Positions 48,267 through 57,094 of a stretch of DNA of 64,000 bases are shown here, piece after piece. The notes beneath the pieces were generated by a model. It did not search any database and was not told the origin of the DNA. It saw nothing but the letters and a program-made list of their open reading frames with translations. A program made the translations under genes and the position numbers. Where the stretch lies: assembly GCA_041687695.1 (NCBI GenBank), contig JAWLBL010000033.1, positions 28,014-92,013 of the forward strand, given 5' to 3'. This stretch comes from Myxococcota bacterium. Its GTDB lineage: Bacteria; Myxococcota_A; UBA9042; PHBI01; JAWLBL01. Position 1 is the stretch's first letter. Each line of letters opens with the position of its first letter.

Positions 48267-49361
48267 TCACCCCAACCGGTCGATCCGCCCCTTCTCGATG
48301 GCCCGCGCCCCCAGCCCTCCCAGGATCCTCACCCCCAGGATGAAGCTCGCGAACCGCGCGTCCTTCGAGTGCCCCTGCTTGAACCGCCGATAGATCTGCT
48401 GCGCCACCACCGCCAGCTTGAACAGCCCGTACGCGAAGTAGAACACCGGGTCCTTCACCTCGCGGCCGCTGACCTCCTCGTACCGCCGCACCAGCTCGGC
48501 CCGCGTGTAGCTCCCTGGCACATCGGTCGGACAGAAGGCGAAGCTCCGCACCGGCGCCGGGTCCGTCGCCTCGACCCAGTAGGCCAGCGTCGTCCCCAGA
48601 TCCATCAGCGGGTCCCCGACGGTCGCCATCTCCCAGTCCAGCACCCCGACGACGCCCCACGGCCCGCGCCCCCTCTCTGCCGGGTCCGGGTCCAGCACCA
48701 GGTTGTCGTGCTTGAAGTCGTTGTGGATCAGCGCCGGCGCCCCCTCCTCGGGCCGATTCGCCGCCAACCACGCCGCCACCTGCTCGATCTCGGGGATCTC
48801 GTCGGTCTTCGCCCTCACGTACCGCTCGGTCCACCCCTCGACCTGCCGCTGCACGTACCCCGGCCCGCGCCACAGCCCCTCGAGCCCCGCCGCCCGCCAA
48901 TCGACCGCATGGATCTCGGCCAGCGTCCCCACCATCGCCTCGCACAGCGCCCGCATCGCCTCCGGCCCGGCCTCCACCCCCGGCGGCATCTTCTTTCTGA
49001 TGATGACCCCCCTCAGCCGCTCCATCAGATAGAAGGGCGCCCCCAGCACCCCCTCGTCCTCGCAGTACGCCAGCGGCTCCGGCACCTTGTCCCACACCTG
49101 CCGCAGCCCGCTCAGCAGCGCGAACTCGCGCCCCATGTCGTGCGCGCTCTTGATCTTCGCCCCGAACGGCGGCCGCCGCAGCACCACCTCCCGCCCCGCG
49201 ACCCGCAGCAGGTACGTCAGGTTCGAGTGCCCCTTCGGGAACTGCAGCACCTCGACCGGCCCCGCCAGCCCCGGCACCTCCCGCCGCAGCCACCCCTGCA
49301 GCGCCTCCACGTCCAGCGCCTCGCCCGCCCGCACCTCGCCCGCCTCGTCCACCAGCCCCAT
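48267..49361 (-). CDS. APH-like phosphotransferase (ACAD10/11 kinase-like)
   Basis: QFPKGHSNLTY, LRRPP, AHDMGRE, HNDFKHDN, LDWEMATVGDP..DLG. Confidence 0.9.
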   Translation of the reverse strand: MGLVDEAGEVRAGEALDVEALQGWLRREVPGLAGPVEVLQFPKGHSNLTYLLRVAGREVVLRRPPFGAKIKSAHDMGREFALLSGLRQVWDKVPEPLAYCEDEGVLGAPFYLMERLRGVIIRKKMPPGVEAGPEAMRALCEAMVGTLAEIHAVDWRAAGLEGLWRGPGYVQRQVEGWTERYVRAKTDEIPEIEQVAAWLAANRPEEGAPALIHNDFKHDNLVLDPDPAERGRGPWGVVGVLDWEMATVGDPLMDLGTTLAYWVEATDPAPVRSFAFCPTDVPGSYTRAELVRRYEEVSGREVKDPVFYFAYGLFKLAVVAQQIYRRFKQGHSKDARFASFILGVRILGGLGARAIEKGRIDRLG

Positions 49362-50563
49362 CACCGCCCCTCCAGCCCGTACCCCCGCAGAATCCGCCGC
49401 GCCACCACCATCTTGTGCACCTCGTCCGGCCCGTCGTAGATGCGCGCCGCCCGCTCGTGCCGCCACAGCCACGCCAGCACCGTGTCGTCGGTCATCCCCA
49501 GCGCGCCGTGCACCTGGATCGCCCGGTCCAGCACCTCCTGCATCACCCCGGCGACGAAGAACTTGATGGTGCTGATCGACTCCCGCGCCGCATATGCCCC
49601 CTGCTTCTCGATGCGCCAGGCCGCCTCCAGCACCATCAGCCGCGCCGCGTCGATGCTCGCCCGGCTCTCGGCGATCCAGCTCTGCACCGTCTGCCGCGTC
49701 CCCAGCGCCTTGCCCGGCCCCAGCTCCCGCGTCGCCGCCCGCTGGCACATCATCGAGAACGCCCGCTCGCAGATCCCGATCCACCGCATGCAGTGATGGA
49801 TCCGCCCCGGCCCCAGCCGCTCCTGCGCCAGCATGAACCCCATCCCGCGCCGCCCGATCAGGTTCTCCTCGGGCACCCGCACGTCCTCGTAGACGATCTC
49901 CGCGTGGCTCGCCCACCCGTCCCCCGCCTCGCCCATCACCGGGATGTTCCGCACCCGCCGAAACCCCCGCGTGTCCGTCGGCACCAGGATCATGCTCGCC
50001 CGCCCGTGCGCGCTCGCCCCCTGCTCGGTCACCGCCATCACGATGGCGAACGCCGCCCCGTCCGCCGACGACGTGAACCACTTGTGCCCGTTGATGACCC
50101 ACTCCCCGCCGTCCAGCACCGCCGTCGTCGACAGCTCCGTCGGGTTCGACCCCGCGTGCTCGGGCTCGGTCATCGAAAAGCAGCTGCGGATCTCCCCCCG
50201 AGCCAGCGGCCCCAGCCAACGCGCCTTCTGCGCCTCGCTGCCGTGCGCCATCAGCAGCTCCATGTTCCCCACGTCCGGCGCCTGCGCGTTCACCACGTAA
50301 TGCCCCGCCGGGCTGCGCCCCAGCGCCTCGCTCACGTGCGCGAACGCCGTCAGCGGCAGCCCCAGCCCGCCCAGCTCCCGCGGCAGGTGCGGCGCCCACA
50401 GCCCCTCCTCCCTCGCCTTGCGCCGCGCCGCCTCCAGCCGCTCGTGACACGCCACGAACCCCTCGGCCCGCAGCGCCCCCTCCAGCGGCATCACCTCGCG
50501 CTCCACGAACGCGCTCAGGCGCCCGATCAGCGCCTCCACCTCGGCCGGCCTCGAAAAATCCAT
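49361..50563 (-). CDS. Acyl-CoA dehydrogenase (ACAD10/11-like)
   Basis: APDVGNMELL, SCFSMTEP, INGHKWF, AQERLGPGRIHHCMR, AIQVHG, RIYDGPDEVH. Confidence 0.93.
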   Translation of the reverse strand: MDFSRPAEVEALIGRLSAFVEREVMPLEGALRAEGFVACHERLEAARRKAREEGLWAPHLPRELGGLGLPLTAFAHVSEALGRSPAGHYVVNAQAPDVGNMELLMAHGSEAQKARWLGPLARGEIRSCFSMTEPEHAGSNPTELSTTAVLDGGEWVINGHKWFTSSADGAAFAIVMAVTEQGASAHGRASMILVPTDTRGFRRVRNIPVMGEAGDGWASHAEIVYEDVRVPEENLIGRRGMGFMLAQERLGPGRIHHCMRWIGICERAFSMMCQRAATRELGPGKALGTRQTVQSWIAESRASIDAARLMVLEAAWRIEKQGAYAARESISTIKFFVAGVMQEVLDRAIQVHGALGMTDDTVLAWLWRHERAARIYDGPDEVHKMVVARRILRGYGLEGR

Positions 50564-51327
50564 CAGCGAAACCTCACCAGCTCCGGGTCGTCCAGGTGCG
50601 GGATCTCGTTGAACGACAACACCGACACCCGCCCGCCCCCCTGGCCCCTCGTGAACATCAGCTGCGAAAACGACGCGTTGCGCACCAGCCAGCTCAGCTC
50701 CAGCGTGCGCTCGTCGTCCACCCCCAGCACCTGCCCCACCGCCGCCCCGACCACCCCGCCGGAGGTGAACGCCGCCATCGTCAGGCCGCGCTCCTCCACC
50801 TCGGTCATCCGCGACATCGCCGCCTCGATGCGCCCGCGAAAGGCCCCCCAGCTCTCGACCTCGCGTTCCACCTCGGGCAGCCCCAGCTCCCCCCGCACCC
50901 ACCGCCGCGTGATGTGCTGGAACACCAGCTCCTTGGCCCGCGCCACGTCGCCCTCCCGGCTGACGATGACCGCCGCGTGCCTGGCCACCTCGGGATCCTT
51001 GGCCGCCAGCACCGGCACCGCCTTCGCCAGCAGCTCCAGCGCCGCGTACTCGTCCAGCTCCCCCAGCACCAGCGGCTCGGGCAGCCCGACGTTGCAGGTT
51101 CCGCTGCCGCTTGGGGGCCGCGCCTCCCCGTACCCCTCGGCGAAGGCCTCCCAGGTCTGTCGATGCCGCCGCAGCGCCCCCCGATACAGCCGATCGAAGA
51201 CCATCCCCCGGCGCGCGCACCAGGCGCCCAGCAGCCGCGACTGCCGCGCGCCCAGCTCCGTCAGTTGGTCGTAGTCGGCGGCGTGGAAGGACGCCTGCCC
51301 ATGTCTCACCAGCAGTAGTCGGGCCAT
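50563..51327 (-). CDS. Histidine phosphatase family protein
   Basis: LVRHGQASF, L.RH.QT, FTSGG, NAS, SFNEIPHL. Confidence 0.9.
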   Translation of the reverse strand: MARLLLVRHGQASFHAADYDQLTELGARQSRLLGAWCARRGMVFDRLYRGALRRHRQTWEAFAEGYGEARPPSGSGTCNVGLPEPLVLGELDEYAALELLAKAVPVLAAKDPEVARHAAVIVSREGDVARAKELVFQHITRRWVRGELGLPEVEREVESWGAFRGRIEAAMSRMTEVEERGLTMAAFTSGGVVGAAVGQVLGVDDERTLELSWLVRNASFSQLMFTRGQGGGRVSVLSFNEIPHLDDPELVRFR

Positions 51328-51546
51328 AGGCCCGCGAGCCTACCGGAAGCGGATCGGGCTGTCGTCCCCACAGGCGTCACTCGGGCTCGCACGACGGCTC
51401 GCCGCGGACCCGGACCTCGACCCCGCGCGGATCGGCTGGGTCTCGCGCGCCACAACACCATGCAACCACGCCGCTTTTCCGCACGGGTGCGCTCCGCGCC
51501 CGACCCTGCTACCCTCCGCCCCGCGCACCCTGACCCGGAGGGCCCC

Positions 51547-52410
51547 ATGCGCTGGCTCGATCTCTCCGAAGACGGCGAGACCGTCGTCCTCCGCCGCTTC
51601 ACCGGCGCCTTCGACCTCGCCCCCCGCCCGGCCGACGCCGATCGCGTCCGCCGCGGCGTCGCCCTGGACATCGAGACCACCGGCCTCGACCGCCAGCGCG
51701 ACGTCATCATCGAGATCGCCCTGCGCCCCTTCGACTTCGACCGCCTGACCGGCGAGGTGGTCGCCGTCCTCGACCCCTACTGCGCCCTCGAGGACCCCGG
51801 CCGCCCCCTCGACCCCGAGGTCGCCGCCCTGACCGGCCTCACCGACGCCGATCTGGCCGGCCAGCGCATCGACTGGGCCGCCGCGGCCGCCCTGCTCGAC
51901 GAGGCCCACGTCGTCATCGCCCACAACGCCGCCTTCGACCGCCCCTTCGTCGACGCGCGCCTGGGCCACCCGCGCAAGGTCTGGGCCTGCTCGCTCACCC
52001 AGATCGACTGGAAGGCCAAGGGCTTCATCGCCAGCAAGCTCGAGCTGCTCACCGCCTTCCACGGCTTCTTCGTCGGCGCCCACCGCGCGCAGGCCGACAC
52101 CGACGCCCTCCTGCATCTGCTGACCCGCCGGCCTGCCGGGACGACCAGCCCCTATCTAAAGGAACTGCTCGACACCGCCCGCGAGCCCTCCTTCATGGTC
52201 GAGGCGGTCGGCTCCCCCTTCGAGACCAAGGATCTGCTCAAGGGCCGCGGCTACGCCTGGGACGGCGGCCAGCGCCTGTGGTTCCGAGAGGTCCGCCCCG
52301 CCGATCTGGACGCCGAGCGCGACTTCCTGGTCCGCGACGTCTACCGCGGCCGCGACGCCGCCCGCGTCACCCCCATCGCGCCGCACGACCGATTCCGCGG
52401 ATCGCCCTGA
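51547..52410 (+). CDS. DEDDh 3'-5' exonuclease (DNA Pol III epsilon-like)
   Basis: ALDIETTG, AHNAAFDRPF, AHRAQAD; C-terminal PFETKDLLKGRGYAW; GGAGG SD. Confidence 0.88.
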   Translation: MRWLDLSEDGETVVLRRFTGAFDLAPRPADADRVRRGVALDIETTGLDRQRDVIIEIALRPFDFDRLTGEVVAVLDPYCALEDPGRPLDPEVAALTGLTDADLAGQRIDWAAAAALLDEAHVVIAHNAAFDRPFVDARLGHPRKVWACSLTQIDWKAKGFIASKLELLTAFHGFFVGAHRAQADTDALLHLLTRRPAGTTSPYLKELLDTAREPSFMVEAVGSPFETKDLLKGRGYAWDGGQRLWFREVRPADLDAERDFLVRDVYRGRDAARVTPIAPHDRFRGSP

Positions 52411-52476
52411 CCCAGCCGCTCGGACCCACCCGGCGCCGCGTCGAGAAGAAAAAAACGCGGCCCATCGAATTTGCCG

Positions 52477-52503
52477 GGAACCTTCCCGCGCCGGCGCTGT
52501 CGA
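52477..52503 (+). promoter_or_regulatory. ECF-sigma-type promoter candidate
   Basis: GGAACC-N16-GTCGA with an A-rich tract (GAAGAAAAAAA) upstream, about 190 bp before ATG 52690. Confidence 0.45.
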
Positions 52504-52689
52504 GTGCCCCGCTTCGGTGATCTTTCCCTGCCGCCGCATTCGGCGTACAAGCAGCGCACACCTCGAAGAGCCGCACCGCCGGGGGGCGACGCGGCCGTCG
52601 CGGGCCCGATCCGTCCCATCGTCAGCGCCCACCAGCCGGGCGCGGCGCTGGCGTGCGCTCGCGCGAGATCACCCTTGCAGGAGCCGTGC

Positions 52690-53766
52690 ATGACCCCGTC
52701 CCGCTCGAACCGCCCCGCCTCGCGCCGCACCCGCCGCGCCTCCCTCGCCGCCGCCGCCCTCGCCCTCGTGGGCCTCGGCGCGCCCGCCTGCAGCTCGACC
52801 TCCCAGGTCGTCGACGAGCCCAGCGACAAGGCCGCCTGGCGCAAGGACACCGTCGCCCTGTCCATCAAGGGCTACGAGTTCAACGGCGGCGGCGCCCGCA
52901 TGATCACCTGGGTCGGCTCCGGCTCCTGGGTCGCCCGCGACAAGATCGTCACCAACGCCCACGTCGCCCTGCGCGCCGTCGAGATCACCGGCACCGACGA
53001 CTTCGGCCGCACCTACACCTTCGACCGCATCCTCGCCGTCGACCAGGCCAACGACCTGGCCATCGTCGGCACCGCCCGCCCCACCGACATCGCCATCCCC
53101 AAGCTCACCGCCCGCCCGCAGGACCCCAAGACCCTGCGCGGCCGCGGCATCATGGCCATCGGCAACACCGGGGGCCTGGGCCTGTCGCTGTACGAGGGCC
53201 GCGTCGTCAACGTCCTCACCGAGGCCAAGGGCGAGCTGCTCCTGCACGACGCCGCCACCTCCTCGGGCTCCAGCGGCGGCCCGCTCTACTCGGCCGCCAA
53301 CGGCAACCTGATGGGCGTCCACCACTCCTACAACCCGGCCCTTCGCTTCTCGATGGCCACCCCGGCCTGGATCGTCCAGCAGCGCCTCGAAGAGGCCAAC
53401 AAGCGCAAGGGCGTCCCCTTCACCATGGCCTTCGACCCCAAGAACATGCCGGTCGACTACTTCGTCGAGCGCGCCACCTGCCTCAAGCCGGGCGAGGTCT
53501 TCAAGGGCGCCTTCAACACCGACGGCACCCGCGATCTGGTCGCCGAGGTGGCCCCCGCGGTCGCCGGCCAGAAGGGCCTGTACGAGATCCACGGCGGCGG
53601 CCAGCTGATGAGCCAGGGCGCCTTCAACCAGAAGACCCTGGGCCTGTTCTCGCTCAAGTTCAACGGGACCGTCGTCTACCTCATCGGCAACCCCAAGGAC
53701 GCCACGCAGCCGCTGTGCCTCAGCGCCCGCTTCGGCCGCATCGCCTGGGAAAAGCGCATCCAGTGA
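52690..53766 (+). CDS. Trypsin-like serine protease lipoprotein with a C-terminal beta-sandwich domain
   Basis: AGGAG SD; lipobox GAPAC; GSG, TNAHV (His), NDLAI (Asp), GSSGGP (Ser); no PDZ domain seen. Confidence 0.88.
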   Translation: MTPSRSNRPASRRTRRASLAAAALALVGLGAPACSSTSQVVDEPSDKAAWRKDTVALSIKGYEFNGGGARMITWVGSGSWVARDKIVTNAHVALRAVEITGTDDFGRTYTFDRILAVDQANDLAIVGTARPTDIAIPKLTARPQDPKTLRGRGIMAIGNTGGLGLSLYEGRVVNVLTEAKGELLLHDAATSSGSSGGPLYSAANGNLMGVHHSYNPALRFSMATPAWIVQQRLEEANKRKGVPFTMAFDPKNMPVDYFVERATCLKPGEVFKGAFNTDGTRDLVAEVAPAVAGQKGLYEIHGGGQLMSQGAFNQKTLGLFSLKFNGTVVYLIGNPKDATQPLCLSARFGRIAWEKRIQ

Positions 53767-53833
53767 CCGCGCGCCCGCTCGGGCCCGCCCCAGACCCGCT
53801 CCACGCCCCCTTCACCACCACCAAGGACACCCC

Positions 53834-54694
53834 ATGCACGCCCTGTTGACCCGCACCGCCCGCAAGGCCGCCGCCCTCGCCGCCGCCGCCTCGCTGCTCG
53901 CCGCCCCGGCCGCCTTCGCCGCCGAGCCCCCCGTCACTCCCCCCGAGGCCCCCGCCGCCGACCTCGGCAGCTACAAGGTCGTCGCCGTCCAGCCGGTCCT
54001 CGCCACCGGCGGCGCCCAGGACCCGCTCTGGACCGCCCTCGGCTACGTCCTCGGCGCCGCCCCGGTCACCGCCAGCGCCGAAGGCCGCGCCGCCACCGCC
54101 AAGCTCGCCGCCCCCGAGGTCCAGGCCCGCGGCCTCGGCTTCGCCGGCAAGGCCACCGAGGGCGACGTCCGCATCCTGCGCAACGGCGCCGCCCTGGGCT
54201 TCGGCCTGCTGATGCTGGTCCTCGAGGACCCCAAGGCCCCCGAGCTGTTCCAGAAGCTCCAGGGCGCCCAGGGCGACTTCGCCACCCTCACCCCCGACGT
54301 CCAGCGCCTCGTCGCCAAGATCGTCGCCATCGGCGCCGGCGCCCAGCAGGGCGACCTCGGCCCGCTGTACGCCCAGCTGCTCGAGGCCGCCTCCACCGGC
54401 ATCGCCACCGCCACCGCCGACGACCCCGCCCCGGCCCGCGCCCACGGCTACCTCACCGCCGGCCTGTGGGCCTCCCTCGCCATGGTCGGCTCGCTCAAGG
54501 GCAACGGCAGCGCCTTCGCCGGCATGGCCGAGCCCATCGCCATGATGCTCGACGAGGACGCCTCCTTCGGCGGCGCCGACCGCGCCCTGGCCGCCACCAT
54601 CCGCGCCATGGGCGCCGAGCTGGCCAAGCCCGAGGCCAGCTTCGAGGCCCTCAGCGCCTCCCTCGACGCCGTCTTCAAGGTCCAGGCCGACTGA
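53834..54694 (+). CDS. Hypothetical exported all-alpha protein
   Basis: AAGGA SD; signal peptide ending AFA-AE; strong GC3 bias. Confidence 0.8.
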   Translation: MHALLTRTARKAAALAAAASLLAAPAAFAAEPPVTPPEAPAADLGSYKVVAVQPVLATGGAQDPLWTALGYVLGAAPVTASAEGRAATAKLAAPEVQARGLGFAGKATEGDVRILRNGAALGFGLLMLVLEDPKAPELFQKLQGAQGDFATLTPDVQRLVAKIVAIGAGAQQGDLGPLYAQLLEAASTGIATATADDPAPARAHGYLTAGLWASLAMVGSLKGNGSAFAGMAEPIAMMLDEDASFGGADRALAATIRAMGAELAKPEASFEALSASLDAVFKVQAD

Positions 54695-54792
54695 TCCCCG
54701 CCCGGTCCCCCGCCACCCCCGCCGCCGAGGTCCCCCGGGCCCCCTCGGCGGCGGTCGGCCCCCTCTCCACGCCGGCCCCCGCGAGCGCCCCG

Positions 54793-56646
54793 ATGCCCCG
54801 CCTTGCGACCGCCCTCGCCCTCCTGACCGGCTCCCTGCTCGTGGGTGCCCTCGCGTCCCCGGCCGCCGCCCACGACGCGCCGCTCACCTGCGCCGACACC
54901 GGCCCCACGCCCCCGGTCGGCCTGTGCGCCGCCCTGGCCCGCACCCCCCGCGCCCCCGCCGACCAGCCCCAGGTCGCCCGCACCGTCGCCACCTGGCAGC
55001 GCCTTTACGCCCCCTTCCTGGCCATGACCGACCGCGACACGGCCCTGGCCGTCCTCGCCCCGGACGCCCAGCTCGGCGGCAAGCCCATCGCCCCCTCGGC
55101 CTACATCTGCGCCGGCGCCCCGCCCACCGTCTACGTCCCCTGGTCCCTGGTCGATCTCGTCGCCTCGGGCGCCTACCCCGACGACTTCATGGCCTTCGTC
55201 CTCGGCCACGAGCTGGGCCACCGCATCAACGACATCACCCCCGACGGCTGCGAGCTGCAGACCTTCCAGCGCCCCGGCGGCGGCCGCCTGGAAGAGGAGC
55301 TGGCCGACAAACGCGCCGCCTTCTTCATCGCCGCCGCGGGTTTCTCCACCCGCCGCATCGCCAGCGAGGATCTCGTCACCCGCTTCCTCGCCGCCGAGTA
55401 CGACGTCCGCCCCCAGGACAGCGCCAGCCGCAAGCACATGCTGCTCGACGCCCTGGGCCAGTTCGACGCCTGGGAGCACCTCTACCAGCTCTCGCTCGCC
55501 CTGGCCCTGTCCACCACCGGCCACGCCCCGGCTCGCCTCCTCGCCTGGGCCGACGAGGCCATCACCCGCGGCGGCGTCCCGCTGCCCGAGGTCAAGCTCG
55601 CCCGCGCCCTCGCCCTGATGGCCGCCGCCGCCCCCCACGCCCCCTGGCGCGACCGCGTCCGCGCCCCCGGCCTCGCCGGCGAGCTGCGCTGTGGCGCCAT
55701 CTTCCCCGCCCACTCCGCCTTCGCCGTCGCGCCCCCGACCCGCCGCGTCCGCGCGGCCGGCCTCAGCTTCGAGCAGGCCGAGCAGCTCCTGCGTCAGGCC
55801 CGCCGCCTGCTCGACGAGGCGCGCGACTGGGGCGCCCCCCCGCTCGCCGTCGCCTCCGCCCAGGCCTGCGTCTCCTTCTACCTGGGCGAGCCCTCCGACG
55901 CCCGCCGCTTCCACCAGGCCGCCGCCCGCCTCGCCCCGCGCCGCGCCCCCCGCCCGGTCACCCAGGCCCTCGCCGACACCGCCGGCCTCATCGAGCTGCT
56001 CGCCTTCCTGCAGACCGACCCCGCCCCCGCCTCGACCGACGCCCCCGCCGCCGCCGCCTGGGCCGCCCGCGTGCGCGCCGCCGCCTCCCGCTTCGGCGCC
56101 GCCCATGACGTCCTCACCTATGTCGCCGCCCTGCAGCGCTACCCCGACCCCGCGCCCCCCGCGGCCCCGCCCCGCGACGCCCCCCAGTGCCGCAACGCCG
56201 ACGCCGCCCGCGTCGCCGCCGCCGCCATCCCGGCCCGCCCCCAGGTCCCGGGCGACCTCGGCGCCTGCCCCGCCGGCTGGACCCTCGCCCACACCGTCCC
56301 CGACCTCGCAGCCCCAGGCGTCACCCCCGCCTCGGCCGGCGTCACCACCTGCCTGCCCCCCGCCGGCCAGCCCGCGGCGCGCCTGTCGCACGTCCGCCTG
56401 CCCGAGACCACCAGCCCGGCCATGGCCGAGGTCGACACCACCCTCCTGTCGCTCGCCGCCCCGCCCAAGCCGCTCGCCTCCCTCGACGCCTGGGCCTGCC
56501 TGTGCCCGGCCCTGACCCCCCGCGGCACCAGCGACGACGGCCTCGTCGCCTGGGCCGCCACCTGCCCCGCCCAACCCTTCCGGGGCGCCTTGCTCTTCGC
56601 CACCGCCAAGGGCCGGGTCCAGCGCCTCGTCGTCACCGGCCGATAA
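54793..56646 (+). CDS. Exported M48-like zinc metallopeptidase with helical (TPR-like) and Cys-containing C-terminal regions
   Basis: Signal peptide; AFVLGHELGH followed by EEELAD..AAAGF (M48 third-ligand motif). Confidence 0.78.
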   Translation: MPRLATALALLTGSLLVGALASPAAAHDAPLTCADTGPTPPVGLCAALARTPRAPADQPQVARTVATWQRLYAPFLAMTDRDTALAVLAPDAQLGGKPIAPSAYICAGAPPTVYVPWSLVDLVASGAYPDDFMAFVLGHELGHRINDITPDGCELQTFQRPGGGRLEEELADKRAAFFIAAAGFSTRRIASEDLVTRFLAAEYDVRPQDSASRKHMLLDALGQFDAWEHLYQLSLALALSTTGHAPARLLAWADEAITRGGVPLPEVKLARALALMAAAAPHAPWRDRVRAPGLAGELRCGAIFPAHSAFAVAPPTRRVRAAGLSFEQAEQLLRQARRLLDEARDWGAPPLAVASAQACVSFYLGEPSDARRFHQAAARLAPRRAPRPVTQALADTAGLIELLAFLQTDPAPASTDAPAAAAWAARVRAAASRFGAAHDVLTYVAALQRYPDPAPPAAPPRDAPQCRNADAARVAAAAIPARPQVPGDLGACPAGWTLAHTVPDLAAPGVTPASAGVTTCLPPAGQPAARLSHVRLPETTSPAMAEVDTTLLSLAAPPKPLASLDAWACLCPALTPRGTSDDGLVAWAATCPAQPFRGALLFATAKGRVQRLVVTGR

Positions 56647-56671
56647 CCCCACTCCTTTCGGGTCTCTCACC

Positions 56672-57094
56672 ATGCGCCTCGCTCCCCTCGCGACCGCCTT
56701 CGCCCTGCTCCTCGCCGCCTGCGCCAGCGCGCCCGCCGCCCCCGAGCCCGCCGCCCCCGAGCCCGCCGCCGCCGCCCCCGAGCCCGCCGCCCCCGAGCCC
56801 GCCGCCGCGGCCGCCGACGCCGCCAACACCCCGCCCCGCGCCTGGCTCTTCCGCGGCAAGCGCGCCGACGGCGCCGTGGTCGAGATGGGCCACGTCATCT
56901 GGCGCGGCGGGCGAGAGGTCGAGGTCAACCTGATGGGCACCCTGAAGTACATCGTCGCGCAGCAGCTCCAGACGGCCGTCGCGGCCCGCCCCGAGGCCCC
57001 CGGCGCCGCCATCGACCAGGTGCTGCTGGTCGACATGGCCGAGTTCGGCGGCGGCCAGATGTGGTTCGAGCCGTACGTCGAAAAAGGCCAGTGA
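56672..57094 (+). CDS. Small lipoprotein with a (PEPAA)n linker
   Basis: Lipobox LLAAC; four PEPAA units; TGATG overlap with the CHAT gene. Confidence 0.75.
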   Translation: MRLAPLATAFALLLAACASAPAAPEPAAPEPAAAAPEPAAPEPAAAAADAANTPPRAWLFRGKRADGAVVEMGHVIWRGGREVEVNLMGTLKYIVAQQLQTAVAARPEAPGAAIDQVLLVDMAEFGGGQMWFEPYVEKGQ

